The notes: generated by a model not told the origin, from the letters alone. A stretch of DNA of 64,000 bases from Eledone cirrhosa (GCA_964016885.1 OZ024748.1:24552001-24616000), one strand, 5' to 3'. Counted from the stretch's first letter, positions 49,710 through 63,400 are shown. Translations and numbers: made by a program.

Positions 49710-50027
49710 AAAAAAAAAACAACATATACGAACACAAACGCGCGCGCATATGAGAGAGGGGATAGGAAGTAGTTTATTGCGTAGACGAAGCCTTTTAGAT
49801 AACATTAACAGGCTGATAACATTACCCCCCCCCCTCCCCCTGCCCATTGGAATTTAGACTTCATTAACTGTATAGAATTACGCATTATTAGACTTTAGGA
49901 AAGTGTTAAATATTTTCACTGTGCTGCTTACTTCTGGATCGAACTTACAGAATGCTGCTTGAAATGTAAAAAATTCGATCTCTCTCTATCTCTCTCCGTA
50001 GAAATTTCCACCGAAAACAAATGTGGT

Positions 50028-50091
<64 letters not shown>

Positions 50092-50198
50092 TGATGATGA
50101 TCCTGGTGAAACTCCAGTGTAAAAAGTCACATTACTAAACCATAAAAATCTACTTCGGTATTGAGTACTCATTCTCACATGTCAAAATCAGATAGCTC

Positions 50199-50282
<84 letters not shown>

Positions 50283-50579
50283 TAAAACAAAATTTAATAG
50301 AGAAATGGCCCTTTTATGATGATCTCCTTCGAATGAAACAGTTCTAGTCCCGCAGAAGCCATTTCTATATTAAATTTTCTTGTGTATACTCTATTAATGT
50401 ATTGAGTACCTTACCTGCTGTGGTTACCCCCGTTTGAACCCGGGGTTTGTGTGTGCGTGTGCGTGTGCGTGCGCGTGCATATATTCAGATTAATTTTAGT
50501 TAATATATATTGAGTACTCATTTAAACCCAGTAATTTTTTATTTTAATTAACATCTGACATATATATCCCCCTTTCTTC

Positions 50580-50740
50580 ATATCGCCATTGCCCCCCCCC
50601 CCCCATCGCCATTACCACCACTACTACCCCTTCATATCGCCATTGCCACCACTACCACCCCTCATATCGTCATTACCCCCCCCCCCCTCTCCTACATATC
50701 GCCATTACCCCCCCCCCCCACATATCGCCATTACCACCAC
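50580..50740. repeat. Degenerate repeat of (c)atatcgccattacc + C-run units
   Basis: About 6 copies. Confidence 0.8.
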
Positions 50741-50936
50741 TGTACCAAGTTATTCATGTGTCTATATAAGTAGTACGGCGCAGTCTAAGTCTAGACAGTT
50801 TGCAGGAAGTTATGGTAAGAATCTATCTCACCCCACACCTCTGACGCCATTAACTGCTGCTGATGGATGATCATTACTCCTACTACCACCACTACTGCTG
50901 CTGTGAGGCCACTACGGTTGCTGCTAATCTTATCAT

Positions 50937-50969
<33 letters not shown>

Positions 50970-51292
50970 ACTACTACTACTACCACCACCACCACTACTA
51001 TTGATGTTCACTTCTATTGCTGCTGTTGCCCTTTCTTTCGCTTTCATCCCCACCTTCTCCAAACTCCATCCCTCTTTCCCCTCTGCTTTCTCCCCTCCCC
51101 CACACACACTCTCTCTCATTGACGTTAGCTTCTCTTAGTACATACTCTTAACACACACACAAACACAATCAAATCACCACATCATACATACAAACTACTA
51201 CAATCACAATACATACACACACAAAGACAATGCATACAAACATTACAGAGAACAGTTATATAAATACAAAAGTTTACACAATACATGCGCAT

Positions 51293-51364
<72 letters not shown>

Positions 51365-53734
51365 TCATTTCCAGTTGCAGCCAGGTGTGTAGAAACACAC
51401 AGGGTCGGAAAGGCTCATTAGTTATGACAGAGACAAACAACTTAAGGTAGTGTTGGCCCCCGCCTCCCCGTGATATAATGTACTCACTAGAGGGCAGGGT
51501 CGTATGTCCTCCACAGCCCACCTGGTTGACAGGCTCTGCTTACTAACAGGGAGAAACGGACGTTAAACGATGATGATGATATATAATCCCTGTATTCCCT
51601 ATAACCTGATGCTCCTTCTAAACCCTAAGTAATATTTCTATGGCCCTATAAAGCTGATGCTGTCTGAAAGACTATGGACACTCTCCCTTCTCTTACACAT
51701 GATATGGTATGGCCCCGTAACTCGTGATAGAGTCGTAGGGGCGCCGTATTGACATACAGCGTTTCTTGGACATTTTAAACTTGGCGGAGACCATCCCTCC
51801 CCAGGCCTGAGTACAGCAGGTTTCTTCCAGTGAAAGATAGCAAGTAAGAGAGAGGAAAAAAGGTTATAGAGGAAGAATCAACCTCAGTACTAGACTGGTA
51901 TTTTTTTTTATCGACTTCGAAAGGATGAAAGGGAAAGTTGACTTCGGCGGGATTTGAACTCAAAGAGCTGGAAACGAATACCATAAAGCATTCTATCCGT
52001 GCCAATTCACCGCCTATCTCTTACACACACAAGTGATTAAATAAATAATTCTTACTATCTATACCTGGGAAGTATTATAGTGTATATACCACTGCCAATA
52101 ACAGGGTCTCACTCACTCCCTAGCTATATACTGTGCAGCATGGTTGAAAGTTAAGGAGTTTGTTTCACAATCATTAGATAATAGGTTCAATCCCACTACG
52201 TGACATCTTATACAGGTGTAATTTACATAGTCACGGGTCACCAAGTAAACTGCTCAGTTGACTAAACAACAAAAAAGGTCCATTGTTAAAACTGACAGAA
52301 GAATCAATTATCCTGATACTATAGAATGGTTTGAAAATAATAGTTGAACAAAATGGTGGTTGACATCACTGTTGGATTTATTGATGTGTGTTTCTGTTAA
52401 CGCACAGTCTTACCATGAATATAACTTGTAGATCAGTGTTTCTCTAAAGTGGATTCTGTAAAGGATTTGGGAGTTTTGTGAGACAAGGTGTTTTATTCTT
52501 CTCTCCCCAAGCGAGACCAACCAAGCTTATGGATGTTATCAAACCATCTTGCTTGGGGTTTACTTGTGTCTCTTGCCGGTTCCTGCCACAAAATTTTCTG
52601 AATTAACCATTTAACATTTACATTACTCTATATATGTATTTTCGCAGTAAAGGCTTTATGAGATTTTGATATTATTTATTTTGAGAACAATACCTTAACA
52701 TCAGTATGAGTAGCCAGTTACAGCCTGTTTGAACAGAAAGAGGTGAGAGAATTCTGGTCGGTTGGTGTTTACAATATGATTTAATAAAGTTTTTAGATAA
52801 AATTATGATGGAAGCTTTTAATTAAAATATGATTCTTGCCATCCCAGGCTTGGTATAGAAATTGTCAAATCATCTCAAATATTTCGTTTGTCTATTGAAA
52901 TACAGAACAACTTGGAATGGTTTCGTTTTGCTTTTTCACAGTAATATAGAATTGCTGTCTAGTTCCTACCATGAAGAGCCTTCAAGGCAATCTGGCTGAA
53001 TACTGGATGTTGATGGCAGTATAGTAGAGAAAGTAGAAAATACTGTAAATGACAGAGAATCAGTAGTTTCTTCCGTTGGTTGGGCACGTTGTCAGAGGAA
53101 GATCTCTAAATGTGACATGTGAGATGTCAATCAGGTTTTACTAGTAAGATACTCTGATGCAGTGTTGCTTAGAGGGTTGACGGCTGATAAGTTGCATCGG
53201 CAAGTCAGAATTCACTCTACACTCATTCCCCCCCCCCCCCCCACACACACACACACAGATGCAGACACTGATTATATCACATAGTATCAGGCCTGCTGCC
53301 AACCATTGTCATTGTACATTAAGATGAAGGTGAAATATTGAGAAAGAGAAAGAGAGAGAGACTATTAGTTCTGGTCATTTGGTGCAGAATTGTATGAGTG
53401 AGTGACCTCTAGGCTGTGCTGTGTTGTGTTATAAATGTTGGTTGATAAGGATGATGAAAAGAAAATTAATGGTTGATAGGGGGTGGTGTGGGGAATAGTT
53501 GTGTGCCCATAGGCCCATTTTCAGACCCTGTGGGACGTAGTTAATATTCATTCCTCATGAACAATGAGAATGGTGTAAAGATGGCATAATTACCTTAAAC
53601 TTGGCATGGCTTCTTCCAGTGCTAAATAATGGTGACCCTCTTTAACTACACCAGCAGATGATGACGGATGATCCAGTTGGTATTACAGAGAGAGGGAGAG
53701 AATCTGGATTGCCTTCTCTCCACTATATATATAT

Positions 53735-53836
53735 ATATTGTTATACTTTGGGAGGGTCATGTTGCCAATAAGAAACACACGCACTGGTGCGTGTGTTTCT
53801 TATTGGCAACATGACCCTCCCAAAGTATAACAATAT
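53735..53836. repeat. Perfect 50-bp inverted repeat with a 2-nt spacer next to (TA)n
   Basis: Arms 53735-53784 and 53787-53836 are exact reverse complements. Confidence 0.95.
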
Positions 53837-53896
53837 CGGTTTCAACACACATTTTCAGATAAAGAATCTTGCTAAACAAATTCAGAAACGATATAT

Positions 53897-54164
53897 AAAG
53901 GTCTCGGTCCAGTGACATTGTCTTGGAGAGGTGTAAGTGTGTGAGGTCGGAATTTATCAGCTCGTCCCAGGTTTTCCTGGGTCTGCCTAGTCCGTGGCTA
54001 CCATCTATCTTTATTGCCCTGCACTTTGTTATACAGCTGTCGTCTTTCATGCGCATCACGTGACCATACCAACGTAGCCTTCTCTCGAGTAAACAACATC
54101 TGATCCCTCTTATTTCTAATTTTTTCCTTAGTTCGTTTATGCTTTGCCGTTCACGTATATTACT
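53897..54164 (-). pseudogene. Internal fragment of the same RTE LINE family as 60548-62481
   Basis: Highly similar to ~60952-61219 (MRMK.DSCITKCRAIKIDGSHG.GRPRKTWDELINSDL). Confidence 0.92.
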
Positions 54165-54251
54165 AATATATATATATATAAATCAAGGTTTAGCAAATAG
54201 AGAAAAAGTTTTAAAATAAATTTTAAAAAGTCCGCTGTACTTACTATATGT

Positions 54252-54335
54252 ACCCTTACCGTGCGGTTTCAAATCCCGAAATAAATAGATAATCCAGGCG
54301 GACTACCATTGAGAAGGGGATTCTCGTCGGAGGAT
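54252..54335 (-). ncRNA. Type I hammerhead ribozyme fold (U4C variant) in a probable Penelope-like terminal repeat
   Basis: Minus strand AUCCU-CCGACGA-GAAUCCC..GGGAUUU-GAAA-CC-GCAC-GG-UA-AGGGU; stems I, II and III all pair. Confidence 0.6.
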
Positions 54336-55373
54336 TCTTCTCGCTCGGAGAATATAACATTCCCGAATTTAAATCACAAACTGGTGCCATACAAAACTGT
54401 TCCCAGATGAGAGTGAATGAGGAAGGGACCAATTCTGTCTAGTGCCGTGTGTAAAGACAGAAGGCAAGGGAGGACAGGTCAATGTCCTGCCACTAGAAAT
54501 AGCAGCAGTTCAAACGACCAAAATGTTATCTCTACCAGAAATGTTTTTACCCAGTATATTTCAATGCCCAAACCCTCTTTTCAAATGTAAAAATGTACAA
54601 TGTGTTCTTTCCTAACTATATATTCCTACTGCATTGTACCGGTTTGCTGAAACTTATCAATTCCCCTTATTAACTATATTACTTTATCATATACACCAAG
54701 TCTGTCATTAGATCAAAGTTTTACATTTAAATCTAGTGTGTGTGTGTGCACATACATACGTACATATAAATACACGTGCAAGTATTGCACCAAGAAAAAT
54801 ATAAACAGTGGCGAGAAAGATGAGAAATTTATTTGTTTTAACATATGTTTCCATGTCTATTATAATTGTCTACATATGTTGACTACAATATATATTGTTC
54901 AATCGTATGCAACACTTAATTATCTATCACACTTCATCAGAAAGCCTATAATTGTAGAAATGACTATTCACTACATGGTAGTATATTTAGTCTGACCCAG
55001 TAGCATATTTGTTACTCTGGACTTTCTCCGACATGTGGTCAGTTCCCCCAAAAACATTAAATAAACTACTACATTCAGCTATGGCTTTTTCCTCTTTAAC
55101 TAATAGATGTCTGTATATATATTTGTGTGTGTATATTTATATATAGCCAGTTGGTGAGTAATGCTAATTACTACAGGTGGTTGTGTATATATTGTGATTC
55201 TAATTTCCATTTTGTCTGATGAGCAAATTGATCCTTGAGTTAATTTGGTTATAACATATTAAAACTCAGGGCTTTATCATTTGTGAAATGTGTTATGTAT
55301 GATTACAAATAGACATTAAACTGACACTTTTATTTCTCTTTTTTTAATACTTGTATTTATTTATTTATTTATT

Positions 55374-55440
<67 letters not shown>

Positions 55441-55819
55441 CACTTTGTTTTCACATGTTTGTGTTTATTTCAGCTGAGTTCTAGTTACAGCTAGAAACTG
55501 TTTTGTGTTCAGATGTTCATTTATGTATTTAATGTGTTTAATTATATAGTTTCACTGGCATCTCTCTATTTCTTTCTATCTTCTTTATTTCTCTTTCTCT
55601 TTTGAGCTTTGCTCTTCAACTTCTTTCTCTTTTTCATTCCCCACTTAACCTTCCAATTGAAACCACAACCACCAACACTATCACCACCACCACCATCCTT
55701 TCACTCTATCATATAACATTCTAAATGTTTTCTTTTTCTTTTTCTTTTTCATCACTATGTCACGTTATCCCCTATTAAAACTGGATTCTTTATACCATTT
55801 GGACATCTGCTGAACCAAA

Positions 55820-56106
55820 TAACCAACTACTGGATTGACTAAACACCAAAACTATTGGATCAACTAATTGATTGATCAACTAAACACCAACTATTGGATC
55901 AACTAAACATCAAAACTACTGGATCAACTAATTGATTGATCGATCAACTAAACACCAAATCTACTGGATCAACTAAACATCAAAACTACTGGATCAATCA
56001 ATTAATTGATTGATCAACTAAACACCAACTATTGGATCAACTAAACACCAACTACTGGAACAACTAATTGGCTGATCAACTAAACATCAACTATTGAATT
56101 GGATCA
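55820..56106. repeat. Degenerate minisatellite (actattggatcaactaaacacca / caactaattgattgat)
   Basis: About 12 imperfect units, none containing AG on the + strand. Confidence 0.85.
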
Positions 56107-56221
56107 ATATAATCACTGCTCAACTTTCTACTGAATGAACCACCTATGGCTTAATTAATTGATTCACTGGTTAACCAATCAATCTTACAATCTTGCATTC
56201 CATCTTGTCCACACGCACACG

Positions 56222-56300
<79 letters not shown>

Positions 56301-56301
56301 G

Positions 56302-56595
56302 GTCTATCACGAGTGTTTTGGCAAATGCAAAGGAATTATCCAGCCAGATCGCTATCATACACCGGACGCAGAGTGCATCTACTGCACTGAATGCCACGCA
56401 CTTTTTAACCCACAACAGTTTGTTTGTCACTCACACACTCGAATGGAGAACCGTATATGCCACTGGGGCTTTGATTCAGCTCATTGGCGGAACTATTTGA
56501 TGCTTGCCAAAGATCAAGAAAACCTAGAAAAATGCCAAGACATCATTGATCAGATAAAGAACAAGTTTGATGGATGTAAGACTAAACGAAAACAG
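56302..56595 (+). CDS. SKI: Ski/Sno second coding exon (98 codons, SAND-like Smad4-binding domain)
   Basis: AG|GTC...CAG|GTAAGT. Translates VYHECFGKCKGIIQPDRYHTPDAECIYCTECHALFNPQQFVCHSHTRMENRICHWGFDSAHWRNYLMLAKDQENLEKCQDIIDQIKNKFDGCKTKRKQ, retaining the CxxC/HxH zinc ligands and CHWGF. Not in the ORF track. Confidence 0.96.
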
Positions 56596-57016
56596 GTAAG
56601 TGTTGGTTTATTCCATTGATTCTTCTTTAATCTAGTGATGTTGTTTTTTTGTTGTCATATATATATATATATATATTTTAATACCATTCTTCATGTGTCA
56701 GCAGCAGTAGCATCATCATCATCATCATTGTTTAGCTCTTGTTTTCCGTTAGCAAGAGTTGGACTGGACATGTCATCACAGACCGGACGGTACTCAAGAT
56801 GCTGTAAATTTCCCATATTTACATATTGGTTAAGCACCACCACCACCACCACCACCACCATTTTACATCTGCTTTCCACATTGGAATGGGTTGGATGGAT
56901 TGTCATTACGAGACCACAGAGGTTGAAGCAGCCTCATCTTCCTCATATGTTCCATATTTGGCATGGTCTTTCTATGACCTGATGTCTAACCTAACACCAG
57001 CCATCTTATATATATA

Positions 57017-57196
57017 AAGTTAATTTGGGTTCAATCTGGGGTAACCACAGTAAGTAAGGTACTCAATACATAGCAGAGTATAAATATTTAATATAGAAAT
57101 GGTTTCTACAGGACTAGAACTGTTTCATTCGGCTTCCTGATGATTTCTCCCGAATGAAACAGTTCTAGTCCTGTAGAAGCCATTTCTATATTAAAT
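57017..57196. mobile_element. Family A fold-back element with CTGATGA in its loop
   Basis: Hairpin 57086-57196; CTGATGA 57137-57143, GAAAC 57156-57160. Confidence 0.65.
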
Positions 57197-57849
57197 GTCT
57201 ATATATATATATGAGGTTGATGTTAGGAAGGGCATCCAGGTGTAGAAATCAAGCCAGAATCAGTTCCTGTCCCACCCTTGCAAGCAGGGAAAAGCGGACG
57301 TAAAATGAAATGAAAATGAATGAATGATGATATATAAGCATTAAGAAGGGCATCCAGCCATAGAAACCATGCTGAAAACGTGACCATCTGTCTCAGAACG
57401 ACACAACCTGTCTAATTTGTGCGGGCATCTCTAAAACACTTCTGGACACTGCATGATTGAATAGTAAAGAAGTTTGATTCACAATCATTAGGCTCCAGGT
57501 TCAATCCCACTGTATGGTTTCTTGGGAAAATATCATAACTATAGCCACAGATTAACTCATGCTCTCTCAGTGAAACTGGTAGAAGGAAACTGCTTGGAAG
57601 CCTGCCTGCCTGTAATTTGGAAGGCCTCTGAAGGTCATGGGTATCTCTACCTATTCCTTCCTCATGTCTATACCACATATACCTATAGATACATACATAT
57701 ACATGTCGAGACTTCCTGAGAGTTAAGGATAGACGTATCTGGAATGCTCAGCCACTTACACGTTAATTCCGCGAGCAGGCTGCTCTGTTGATTGAACAGC
57801 TGAGACAGTCATCGTCGAAACCGAGGGAACTCCATTCAATAATAGTAAT

Positions 57850-58262
57850 AATAGTTTCTGATTTTAGGCACATGGCCAACAATTTTGATGGAGGTGGGGG
57901 TGGGGTGGAAAGGTCAATTAAATCGACCCAGTGCATTACTGATACCTTATTTTTATCGACCCCGTAAGTCAGAAAGGCAAAGTTCACCTCGGCGTGATTT
58001 AAACTCAGAACGTAAAGAGGCGTAACTATATACCACAAATAATTGTTTCTACTTTAGGCACAAGGCCAGCAAATACCAAGTGCATTACTGGTACTTTATT
58101 TTATCGACCCCGTAAGGATGAAAGGCAAAGTCAACCTCGGCGGGATTTGAACTCAGATCGTAAAGGGACGTAACTGTGCTGCAAAGCATGGCGTCCGACT
58201 CTCTACCGATACTGCCACAAATAATGGTGTCTGACGCTCTGCCGATACTTGTCAAATCCACC
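57850..58262 (-). mobile_element. Two octopus-type SINE copies
   Basis: Shared body motifs. Confidence 0.85.
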
Positions 58263-58676
58263 ACTCTCACTAATAGTACTAATAACAACAACAACAACAC
58301 CAACACCCCTTCTCTTCCGCCTCCCCACCATCCTGCTTATCTATCGATATTTTTTATCTAGAACATTTTCTCGATCAGATCATATAGATGTACTTAATAC
58401 AGTGTGAGAAGCTACATCAGCAGTACATGTGACACGGCACTTGGTCGTCTTAAAAAACAAATCAAAATAAACCTGTTTTTATCACTTACCAGCACAACTA
58501 ACATTCGTTCAGACTTAAACTATGTCCCCCAACAATACTTACACATATATCGGACAGCATTTTCACAGATTTTATTTTTAAATTCTCTTCATTCATACAT
58601 TTTAAAATGTACTCGTACATGTCTGTGTGTGGTGTAATCCCAATAAAACTATGTACATATGATTCTGTGAGCCTCT

Positions 58677-58756
<80 letters not shown>

Positions 58757-59105
58757 TTATTTATATGTATATATATATATATATGTGTGTGTATATATAT
58801 ATATATGTACATATATATATGTTTGTAGATATAAGTATATATGTATGTAGATATATATGTGTAGATATATATGTATATATATATATATATATATACACTG
58901 CATATAATAAGTGTGTGTATGTACACACACACACACGTATGTATGTATATAACAGGTGTTCAAACTTAACTCTATTCATCTATCCAGACTTGGAAGGCCT
59001 CTGAAGGTCATGCACCCCCGCCCCCCATCCCTCATGCCCTATACCACATACACTTACAGGTACATACATATACAATCATAACACTTACACACATAAATGT
59101 GTATA

Positions 59106-59158
<53 letters not shown>

Positions 59159-59160
<2 letters not shown>

Positions 59161-59350
59161 CGAAGGAAAAGTGGTAAGGAACCAGATGGACCATAACGCA
59201 CCAGAGTACTCAATACTTAGGGTAGTAGAGTGGGAAATAGGGAAAAGTATGACCCCCGACGGCAGAGCTCAAGCCGTTTCGACGGCTATTTTGGACTCCA
59301 GAAATAGCCGTCGAAACGGCTTGAGTTCTGCCGTCGGGGTCATACTTTTT

Positions 59351-59400
<50 letters not shown>

Positions 59401-59513
59401 AACGAGTAGGACCCCGGCGGTTGAGCTCAAGCCGTTTCGACGGCTAATTCTGGACTCAGTCCAGAAATAGCTGTCGAAACGGCTTGAGCTCAGCCGTTGG
59501 GGTCCTACTCGTT

Positions 59514-59555
<42 letters not shown>

Positions 59556-59747
59556 AAAAAGTATGACCCCGACAGCAGAACTCAAGCCGTTTCGACGGCT
59601 ATTTCTGGAGTCCAAAATAGCCGTCGAAACGGCTTGAGCTCTGCCGTCGGGGGTCATACTTTTCCCTATTTCCCACTCTACTACCCTAAGTATTGAGTAC
59701 TCTGGTGCGTTATGGTCCATCTGGTTCCTTACCACTTTTCCTTCGTT
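59159..59747. mobile_element. Three family B fold-back units arranged as one large palindrome
   Basis: 59159-59353 is the reverse complement of 59553-59747; the central unit 59398-59516 is self-complementary about 59457. Confidence 0.9.
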
Positions 59748-60085
59748 ATATATATATATATATATATATATATAGATATATATATATATATGTATACACA
59801 TACACATACACATATATATATATATATATGTATACATGTATATATATATATATATGTATATAAAACTATATGTGCGTGTGTGTGTAGGAGTGTCTGTTTG
59901 TGTGTCTGTGTGTGTGTATATGTGTAAGAGGATAATCTGGGATGCAGGTATTGTATCATTGGTGGGTGGAATATATCAGACATTAGACACACACTGTAGA
60001 TGACATGCACTCACACACACACCACCTACACCATCACACATGAGGTGCTTGTTTGTTTAATCCATCACCTTACTGCCTCCTTACA

Positions 60086-60126
<41 letters not shown>

Positions 60127-60199
60127 TCTGGCATTGATTTAATGTTTCTTGTGTACTGAAAGATATTTGCTAGTGTCATTTTACATGTCTCTATTTGAC

Positions 60200-60412
60200 A
60201 ACACACACACACACACATTTATACAAATATATATATATATACACACACACACACATTTATACAAATAAATATATATATATATATATATACACACACATTT
60301 ATACAAATATATATATATATACACACACACATTTATACAAATATATATATAAATATATATATACACACACACATTTATACAAATATATATATATATATAT
60401 ACACACATTTAT

Positions 60413-60494
<82 letters not shown>

Positions 60495-60502
60495 TTATAC
60501 AA

Positions 60503-60537
<35 letters not shown>

Positions 60538-60548
60538 TTTATACAAAT
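60200..60548. repeat. Compound minisatellite (TA)n(CA)nTTTATACAAA, left part
   Basis: The same unit resumes at 62483. Confidence 0.92.
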
Positions 60549-62479
60549 CATCATCATCATCATCATCAACGTTTAACGTCCGTGTTCCACGCTTGCATGG
60601 GTTTGGACGGGGGTAGTCCCACTTGAGGCAAGAGTGATTGTCTTGCTCGCATAGGACTGTCTGGCAGGTTTTCTACAGTTGGATGCCCTTCCTAACACCA
60701 ACCACATTTACAGTGTGGGTCTGGGAGGTTTTTACCGTGTTGCCTACACGGCCACATTACAGCGTGGACTGTGTGTTTTTTTGTCGTGACACCTACACGA
60801 TCTCATTTGTTTCGGCCTGGATGGCGCGGCACCAACATAACTTTACATAGAACGGGGTGGTGTGGATGGGGTGGGGGTGGCGGCGGGAGGGGTGTATTTT
60901 GTTAGAGATGCCTACTGGCAAGGCGGGTCTTCTCTGTTACTGAGTACCGCCAAAGGTCACGGTCCAGTGACATTGTCTTGGAGAGGTGTAAGTGTGTGAG
61001 GTCGGAGTTTATCAGCTCATCCCATGTTTTTCTAGGTCTGCCTATTCCGTGGCTACCGTCTATCTTTATTGCCCTGCACTTTGTAATACAGCTATCGACT
61101 TTCATGCGCATCACGTGTCCATACCAACGCAGCCTTCTCTCGAGTAAACAACATCTGATCCCTCTTATCTCTAATTTTTTCCTTAGTTCGTTTATGCTTT
61201 GCCGTTCACGTATATTACTGTTACACATCCAGCGGAGCATGCAAGCTTCGTTCCTCTCTAGTCTGCGTATATCCTCTGCACACAATGCCCAGGTCTCACT
61301 ACCATGCAACATTGCTGTTCGTATGCAGGCATCGTACAACCTGCCTTTCATTTTTAGGGAGAACCCTTTAGCAGCTAATAGTGGTATAAGCTCTCTGAAC
61401 TTTTTCCAACCAGTTCTGACTCTAGCTACAGTACTTTCAGAGCACCCTCCCCCACTGCTGATTTTATCGCCCAGGTAACGGAAGCTGTCCACTATTTCTA
61501 TAAAACCCTCTGCGCAATTGAAAGAGCTAGTATTTTGTGGGCACTTGCTGCTACTTATTGCACCAGAACACCGGCCACATGTAAAGTCTATGTTCTTAGT
61601 TAGCTTACCTGTGATCCCACTACATCTTTTATGCACCCATACTTTGCATTTAGGACATAAGATGGAGTTTCTACCTACGCCTTTCCTACATACCGAGCAC
61701 GACCATTTCCCAGAAGGGACCGCCGCCTTGTTTTCTTTCCTACAAACTAGAACTTTGGTCTTAGCCAGGTTAATTTTAAGTCCTTTTGACTCTAGGCCGT
61801 GCTTCCATGTTTGGAATTTCTTCTCTAGCTCGGCCATTGATTCCGCTATGAGTGTCAGGTCGTCTGCGTATAGGAGTTCCCATGGGCAGCCTGTCTTGAA
61901 CTCCTCTGTTATAGCCTGAAGGGCAATAATAAATAGTAGGGGGCTGAGAACAGAGCCCTGATGGACGCCAACTTTTACGCTAAACTCTTCACTATATTCG
62001 TTGTTAATTCTAACCTTGCTGACTGTTTCTTTATACATGGCTTGTATAGCCCTCACAAGCCATTCGTCAACGCCTAGTTTTCTAAGAGCCCACCAGATAA
62101 TGGAGCGGGGGACTCTGTCGAAGGCTTTCTCCAGGTCGACAAAAGCTAAGTAGAGGGGTTTACCTTTAGCTAGGTACTTCTCCTGTAGTTGTCGTACTAT
62201 GAAAAGAGCGTCTGTGGTGCTTTTGCCTGACACAAACCCGAACTGCATTTCATCTAGATCAATTCTCTCTCTGATTAGTTGCGCTATTACTTTTTCCGTG
62301 ACCTTCATGACCTGGTCGATTAATTTAATGCCTCTATAGTTACTCCTATCTAGGGCGTCTCCTTTACCCTTATAACAGTTAACGATGATGCTGCTATGCC
62401 AGTCCTTCGGAACAACCCCATTCTGTACGACTTGGTTAACTATGCGGGTGACCATGGTGTGTCCCACCGTGCCAGATGC

Positions 62480-62481
<2 letters not shown>
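60548..62481 (-). mobile_element. 5'-truncated young RTE-clade LINE: open RT ORF (60902-62481), 3' UTR and (ATG)n tail
   Basis: KGKGD..NYRGIKL, QFGF, FVDLEKAFD, GVHQGSVLSPLLF, YADD (61859-61870), FRYLG, RRLRWYGHV, GRPRKTW with no stops; tail ...cggacgttaaacgttgatgatgatg. Confidence 0.95.

Positions 62482-63400
<919 letters not shown>

Noticed and set aside
51735-51760. GGCGCC as a fourth Smad composite element
   Set aside because: Neither side has GTCT/AGAC at 5-bp spacing
53735-53836. pre-miRNA
   Set aside because: Perfect arms with a 2-nt loop in a mobile-element context fit a fold-back insertion better; no expression evidence
59099-59837. Two near-identical ORFs on opposite strands ([12 protein letters not shown]...)
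   Set aside because: Consequence of the palindrome; starts lie in microsatellite and there is no domain
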